Assembly: GCF_009914755.1 (NCBI RefSeq)
Contig: NC_060939.1
Length of the DNA stretch: 64,000 nucleotides
Direction: 5' to 3' (one strand)
Origin: the human T2T-CHM13v2.0 reference genome, Homo sapiens
Shown piece after piece: positions 55,774 through 64,000 of this stretch (position 1 is the stretch's first letter; every line of letters begins with the position of its first letter). Under the pieces are notes generated by a model that was not told where the DNA came from, made no database searches, and saw only the letters and a program-made list of their open reading frames with translations. Made by a program: the position numbers and the translations under genes.

Positions 55774-56610
55774 GACACTGAATATATTCTTTGTTTATAA
55801 TTAGTGTTATTTAGAATTATAAGCTTATAAAAAGGAAATGACCTTATGAGAGTCTTGAAACTCCCTTGCCTTTGAGGAATCTGCCACATTGTCCCTGACA
55901 GATATTCATACTCAGCCTCAACAATCCCAAGAATACATAGATGACTGTCTTTACCTTAGCCTTCTCCATCAAAGAGAATGTTCTTCAAACCAGCAGAGAT
56001 GAAACTCAACCTTAACATTAAATAGAAGAGTATTTTGATGTTTTGAATGTTAAAATCTCCAGCCGGAGATAACTTATTGTTACATTATTTCCAGATTAAT
56101 TTTGAACCATGCCAAACAGAAAAGGGAATGTCAATTTGAATTTTTTTAATTGAAGTAAATTGAAGCAGATACTTGGGAAATTGTTGGCTAGTGAACCGTA
56201 TCTACTTCAAAAGTTTACATGGATATTCATCCAAAGGGAATATTTTGATCCTAACTACTATTAATATGTGTCAACACTGAAATAGTTTTATTTAAAAGTA
56301 AACATATATAATCACCAGAAGTTTTCTTCAGCATGAAAGGATATGACTGCCAGTCAATATCTGAAACAAAGGCAAAGCTGAATTTAATGCTTACTGTAAT
56401 AAGGGAGAGCAATGCTGGCTAGACACAGTTTCTCTAAGAAGAGCAGGCCAATTTCTAATTTTGGGGAATTGTGGAATTCAGGGATTGGCAAACTTTCTGA
56501 GGCTGTAGTGGGTTAACATAATCTGTAGAAGTATGACTATGATTGGCTGGCACTCAGAGGAGTGTTTATTGGAGTATGTTCCCGATCAGCTTCTTTCGGA
56601 AGTTGGGAAG

Positions 56611-58280
<1,670 letters not shown>

Positions 58281-58289
58281 AGAGTTAGG

Positions 58290-58586
<297 letters not shown>

Positions 58587-60759
58587 AGAAGAGTTAGTTT
58601 TAACCAGATGTGGGGTTTTGCCAGAGGAGTTCCAGAGAGACACAGTCAAAGATGTTGAGAGTTATGGAGGGGCACACTTATTGGTAAGGATAAGGACTGC
58701 TGGGGGGTGATAACCATGGGGATGTGGAGCTGAGGTAAGCTGAGGACTGGGCTGTGAGAAGAAAGAAGGTCAGGGAACTCAGAGTAAGGGGATCATCACT
58801 ACGGTTCCTGGGTGCCAGATTCATGACTCTTCAGCAGTTTGACCAGTAAGCATTGAAAATCTTGTAAAGAAAATAAGAAACAGCAATTGTGTAAAAATTT
58901 TTTAAGGCGTGACAAGTTATTTGCTTGTTTCACTTTTTAGACTCAATCTTTTGCAAAAAATGATACCAGAAATGGCATTAACAAAAAGACATGTTCTTTG
59001 GTTTAGACTGTGAATATGTTTAAGGACAGCCAGCAAATGTTTTATTTAGTAACTTTTGATTGGTTGATTTTGTTTAGTTAGTTGATTATCATTATTATGG
59101 GTTTGTTCATAAACTGTCATATTAGGACCATTCACAATGTGGATCTCAAAACAGATTACGATGAAAATATCAACCAAGAAACTCTTTTTAAAGCAGGCTG
59201 AGAAATACAGGTAGCATAGGGCAATGTTCAGCTCCTCAGGAAAAAAATAGGTGTGGAATAAGAAATATTATTAAATACTAACTGAAATTGACTTAGAAGT
59301 CATCCTTCGTGCAGCTCGTGTTTTTATCCCCTACAGCCAACCGCTGTGTTTCCAAAACATATCACGTTTATCTACTTCTCTCCATCTCCACAGCCACAAC
59401 TCTAGGCAAAGCTGCCATCATTTCTCACCTAGATTGCAGCTATTAGCGTAGTCCTAGGCTGAGAGAGCTGCTTGGAGACCTCAGGTCCTAGCTCAAAAGT
59501 CATCTTTCAGAACAGTCCTTCTGAACCATTTAAGTTAGCCTTCCTGATCCTCCCCACCTCCTTTGCTTTAAGTTTTCTTCCTTATAGTACTTATTGCTGT
59601 CTCGTATTACCTTCTTCCTTTATTAATTGGTTTTTGTCTGTATGCCACTTTTAAAATAGGGCAGGGAGCTTGTCTGTCTTGTATACTGCTTATGCCTGTT
59701 GTCTAGAACAAGTAATTCATGGCGTAGGAAATGTTCAAAAATATATGTCAAAAGAACAGTAAGTATATTGAAAAACAAATATTCATCTGGGAATCTTGAG
59801 ATCAAAAAAATTCTCTGATCTGGTGGGTTGTGGAGATTGAGCACCCAGGGATCCTAGGAGAAGCCAGTGAGGAAAAGACAGCATAACAGTCTTAAGCCTA
59901 GCGCAACTGAAGAGAAGGCCTCCAGCACCTGAAGTGGAGTTAACCTGAGGCCTGGTGTCTCCTGAAGAGGAAACTCATTTGGTTACCTAAAAAAAAAAAA
60001 AATCAAATTTTCATTTAATTTCAGAGATGACTGATGAGCAGATTTTTTGTTTTGTTTTTAGCTGGGGGAGATTAGACAGCAGAGAACTCTGAATACTAAG
60101 CTCAAATGAGTTGATAGGGAAGAAAAGGTGAAGAAGGGGCTGCAAAGGATCAACGGAAGTATCAAAAATTCATTTTCAGCCCCCCCTTTAGTTGTGATAA
60201 GGGGATTAGAGTTTGGGAGCAAGAGGATACTAGGTAGCTGGAGGAGAAAGAGGGAACTACCAAAGAAGGGAAAGCAGAGATTGATGTGTGATCCAAGTAT
60301 ATCAAATTTGTGTTAGCTATGTACTGTACCTGGCAATGGCAGCCCAGTGGGGAATGAGATCTGGGAGAGATTCTCTGCTCTTCAAGAGCTTTACAGTGTC
60401 TAGTGAGAGAGACAGGTGAAAGACTAACTCCAATACAGCATAATTGTTGGTTTGAAGTAAGTTTGAGGGGTGTCTTTATGGAGTAGCTGGCCAGCCAGCT
60501 CTGGGATAGGATTTCAGGTGATGGCCCACAGCTTTATCTTTACAGAGACACAATTTCAATCAACTGGTAGGTGTCTAATCTCTTAAAAACTGGCATGTAG
60601 CAACCATACTCATAAAAAAGACTTATACGTAAGCCAAAATATCAATTTATTAATATCTAGTGAGGAAAGCTACATGAATAGCTGAATTTTAATTAGAAGA
60701 TATCTTGGTGAACATTGAGAAGAATAAGAGGAAATAATTGGATGATGAAATATTGCCTT

Positions 60760-61060
60760 CTTTATTGTTTATTTATTTTTAAGACAGAGTCTCACTCTGT
60801 CACCCAGGCTGGAGTGCAATGGTGCAATCATGGCTGACTGCAGCCTGGACCTCTTGGGTTCAAGTGATCCTCCCACCTCGGCCTCCTACTAGCTGGGCCT
60901 ACAGACGTGGGCCATCATGCCTGGCTAGTTTTTTGTATTTTGTAGAGATGGGGGTCTCACTATGTTGCCCAGGCTCGTCTCAAACTCCTGGACTTAAGCG
61001 ATCCTCCGTCCTTGGCTTCCCAAAGTGCTGGGATGACAGGCGTGAGCCACTGCACCTGGA
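60760..61060 (-). mobile_element. AluJ
   Basis: Antisense full Alu. Confidence 0.88.
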
Positions 61061-61221
61061 CTTTCTTTAGTTATGGTACTGTCATTTTATATATCTGATT
61101 TTCTAGGAAACACTCTTACCATTTTATGTCAGTATTTTCAGTTACACCCTTAAGTTTTGAAGTTACCGATGTACATACAACCTGTGGTTATAATGGATGT
61201 ATATATAAAGATAATAACAAC

Positions 61222-61371
61222 AGTTTGGGCATGATGTCTTATGCTGGTAGTCCTACCTACTCAGGAGGCTGAGGAGGAGGGATCACTTGAACCTAAGAGT
61301 TTGAGGCTGCGCCGCTGCACTCTGGCCTGACAGAGCGAGTCACTGTCTCTTAAAAAAAAAAAAAAAAAAAA
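61222..61371 (+). mobile_element. Alu monomer with internal deletion
   Basis: Right-arm-like monomer plus poly(A); TSD AAAGATAAT. Confidence 0.75.
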
Positions 61372-61709
61372 GATAATGGCAACATCATTAAGGAAATCAT
61401 TAATTTTGCCTGGGTGTGAGAATGGAGACCAGGGAAATTTTCAGGGAAGATAGGACATTTTCAGCTAGGTCTTGAAGAATATGTGAGGTTCAGTTGAGGA
61501 TAGAGGTAGATGGGAATGAATGCATTTTTTCTAGAGAGAGGGAACATAATAAGCAAAGGAATAGAGAGGCCTAAAGTTTGTGGCCTGTTTGGAGTATAGG
61601 CTATGTGATGGGGAGCAGTCCGAGATAATATAGGAAAACTAGCTAGTCAGGACCAGCTTCTCTGAACTGTGTATCTTATGCTGAGGAGATTGGACTTTCT
61701 CTTGTAGGT

Positions 61710-61925
61710 CAGGGATGGGCAAACTTTTTCTGTAAAGGGCCAAATAGTAAATATTTTAGCTTTGCAAGCCATCTGGTCTCTGTTGCAATCACTCAGCTCT
61801 GTCATTGTAGCACAAAAGCAGCCATAGGCAATACATAAATGAATGAATGTGAATGTGTTCAAATAAAACATTTACAAAGACAGGCAGCAGGCCGAATTTG
61901 GCCCCCTGTAGTTTGCCTAACCCTG
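61710..61925 (+). mobile_element. MER58A (hAT-Charlie)
   Basis: CAGGGATGGGCAAACTTTTTCTGTAAAGGGCCAAATAGTAAATATTTTAG...GTAGTTTGCCTAACCCTG; 8-bp TSD TTGTAGGT/TTGTGGGT. Confidence 0.9.
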
Positions 61926-62792
61926 TTGTGGGTAATATGAGTTATATAAGGCTTTTGGGCCAGAGAGCAATATGATCACATGTATGTATTAAAGAGAGAA
62001 TGGATAAGAATCTGAAAACTCTGAGCCCACCCTATGGAAATGGTGGTGAAATGGAGGTTAACAACTCATAGACTATCTCTCTGAATCATATGATTCTACA
62101 TTTTAACAAATATAGTCAGTGTCGATACCTTACTCCCTACACAAATATAAAGCTTGAAGAAAATAAGTGGAAATTGGTTGAACAGAGTAGAACATTGGCT
62201 TCTCAAACTTATATATAGATCCCTTTTAAAGGAAAAAAGCTGTCGGGCCTCCTAGTGTTAATTGACAATCAAAACAAAGCAGTTCTCCCAGGTGCTGGTG
62301 CAATGATAAATATAAATGTAAATATGGCAACTGAAATCCCACAGCATTGCTTCTTTTTAAGTGATCCAGAGGATCTAGAATATGGCTATTAATTTTTAGA
62401 AATTATTCTTATAGAAAGCTAAAATTTAAAACTCTTAGCAAAATGAGATTGCTGAGATTCCATTAAAAAATTAGCATGGTCCTGGAAGTCCAGTGTGAAA
62501 AATAAGGATTCTAGAAATAAGTGATAAATGAAAAGGAAGATGGTAAATGGAAGAAGACTTGGCCAAAAATATACCAGGAGTTTCTTGATGTCCTTAAGTA
62601 TAGCCTCCACTAGCTGAAGTTCAGTGAAGCAGTGGGTGAGTGGAAAGAAGAAAAGCAACAGCACCCATAGACTTTGGGGAATATTTAAACAAATTTCTTC
62701 AGCCTTCGAAGACTTTTGAGTTAAACAGAATACACTCTGCCACACAGTATGAGATGTAGTTGTCAGAACTGATGAGGGGAGCACCTCTAGAG

Positions 62793-62978
62793 CAGTAGAT
62801 CTCAAAGTATAGTTCCTGACCAGCAGCATCAGCACCACCTGGCAGCTTATTAGAAATGCAGATTATCTGCCCACCCCAGACCTACTCAATCAAGAAACAC
62901 TGGGGGTGGGCCCAGGAATCTGTGTTTTAGCAAGCCCACCAGGAGATTATGATGCACTCAAAAGCAGGAGAAACACTG
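62793..62978 (+). mobile_element. MER5A (hAT-Charlie)
   Basis: CAGTAGATCTCAAAGT...CCAGCAGCATCAGCACCACCTGG...TTAGAAATGCAG...CCCAGACCTACT...GAGAAACACTG. Confidence 0.88.
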
Positions 62979-63537
62979 CTGTAAAAAGCGAGTTAAGAAG
63001 GAAAATAGTCTGAACATATCAGAATTCCAAATTAAAAATTCTTAAGCTTTGCCTAACTTACCTGGCAGAACTTGCTTATTTACAAAAAGTTGTGTTTTTC
63101 TTAAATGATCGTGAGAATGTTATGCTTTGAAAACCAATTCCCATATTCTTGTACAATGCAAATTGTTTTTTACTTTTATATGAAATACATTTTACATTAG
63201 CTTAGAGATTAAAAGTTTCTGTAGACAAAGTGTAGATTTAAAGTACTTTTCTAGCACACTGGTTTCACCTCTTCTTCATTCAGAATTTGTTCCTCTTCTA
63301 GAAGGCAGATGTCAAAGGACAAGCAAGAGAGACATGTCATCCCAGAACAGAAAGAAAAGCAAAGCAAAGCACTCCTTCCAGAACTTCCCTTCCTAAGCAG
63401 TTTCTGAGCTCCTGCTGGCACTTGGAACATTGTCAGTATACAAATGTTCCTCAATAAAGGATGAGAGTTGAGAGGGAAGGTAAAATCAAGTTAGAGAATC
63501 TGATAATGGGAACATCTGAGGAAAGAATGCTAGTAGT

Positions 63538-63889
<352 letters not shown>

Positions 63890-64000
63890 TTATTTGCTTT
63901 TTATTGAAGCAGAATTGAAACTTTGAACTTTGGTGTATTACCCAGAAGTTCTTGCCTCATGGCAAAATTCTATAATCTGAATCTGAAGGAAATTCATTTT

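Noticed and set aside
62419-62838. 139-aa hydrophobic minus-strand ORF
   Set aside because: Begins inside MER5A with a non-ATG start; hydrophobicity reflects T-rich sequence; no recognised homology

Overview
Primate genomic DNA (human or great ape; AluJ/S/Y present) from the tandem tropomodulin locus (human 15q21.2, from recall). The + strand carries the last three exons of TMOD2 (5685-5828, 13868-14012, and 15911 to about 23855, with a ~7.9 kb 3'UTR), a ~13 kb repeat-rich intergenic spacer, then the TMOD3 CpG-island promoter, non-coding exon 1 (ends 37345) and the first ~26.6 kb of TMOD3 intron 1. The rest is mostly Alu, L1, L2, MIR, DNA-transposon and LTR remnants, and nearly all ORFs in the supplied track are repeat-derived or chance. 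The most notable unexplained structure is a diverged ~360-nt tandem triplication in the TMOD2 3'UTR (about 18620-19720). Each unit keeps a perfect Pumilio element (TGTANATA) followed by two stem-loops with preserved pairing, an architecture reminiscent of the NORAD lncRNA repeats. Other oddities are two CpG-containing miR-191 sites, an antisense ERV1 solo LTR with intact GC-box and TATA just past the TMOD2 poly(A) site, and an Alu with extra sequence and a second tail inside one TSD pair. Repeat subfamily names are from recalled consensus sequences, not from a RepeatMasker run; repeat boundaries are approximate.
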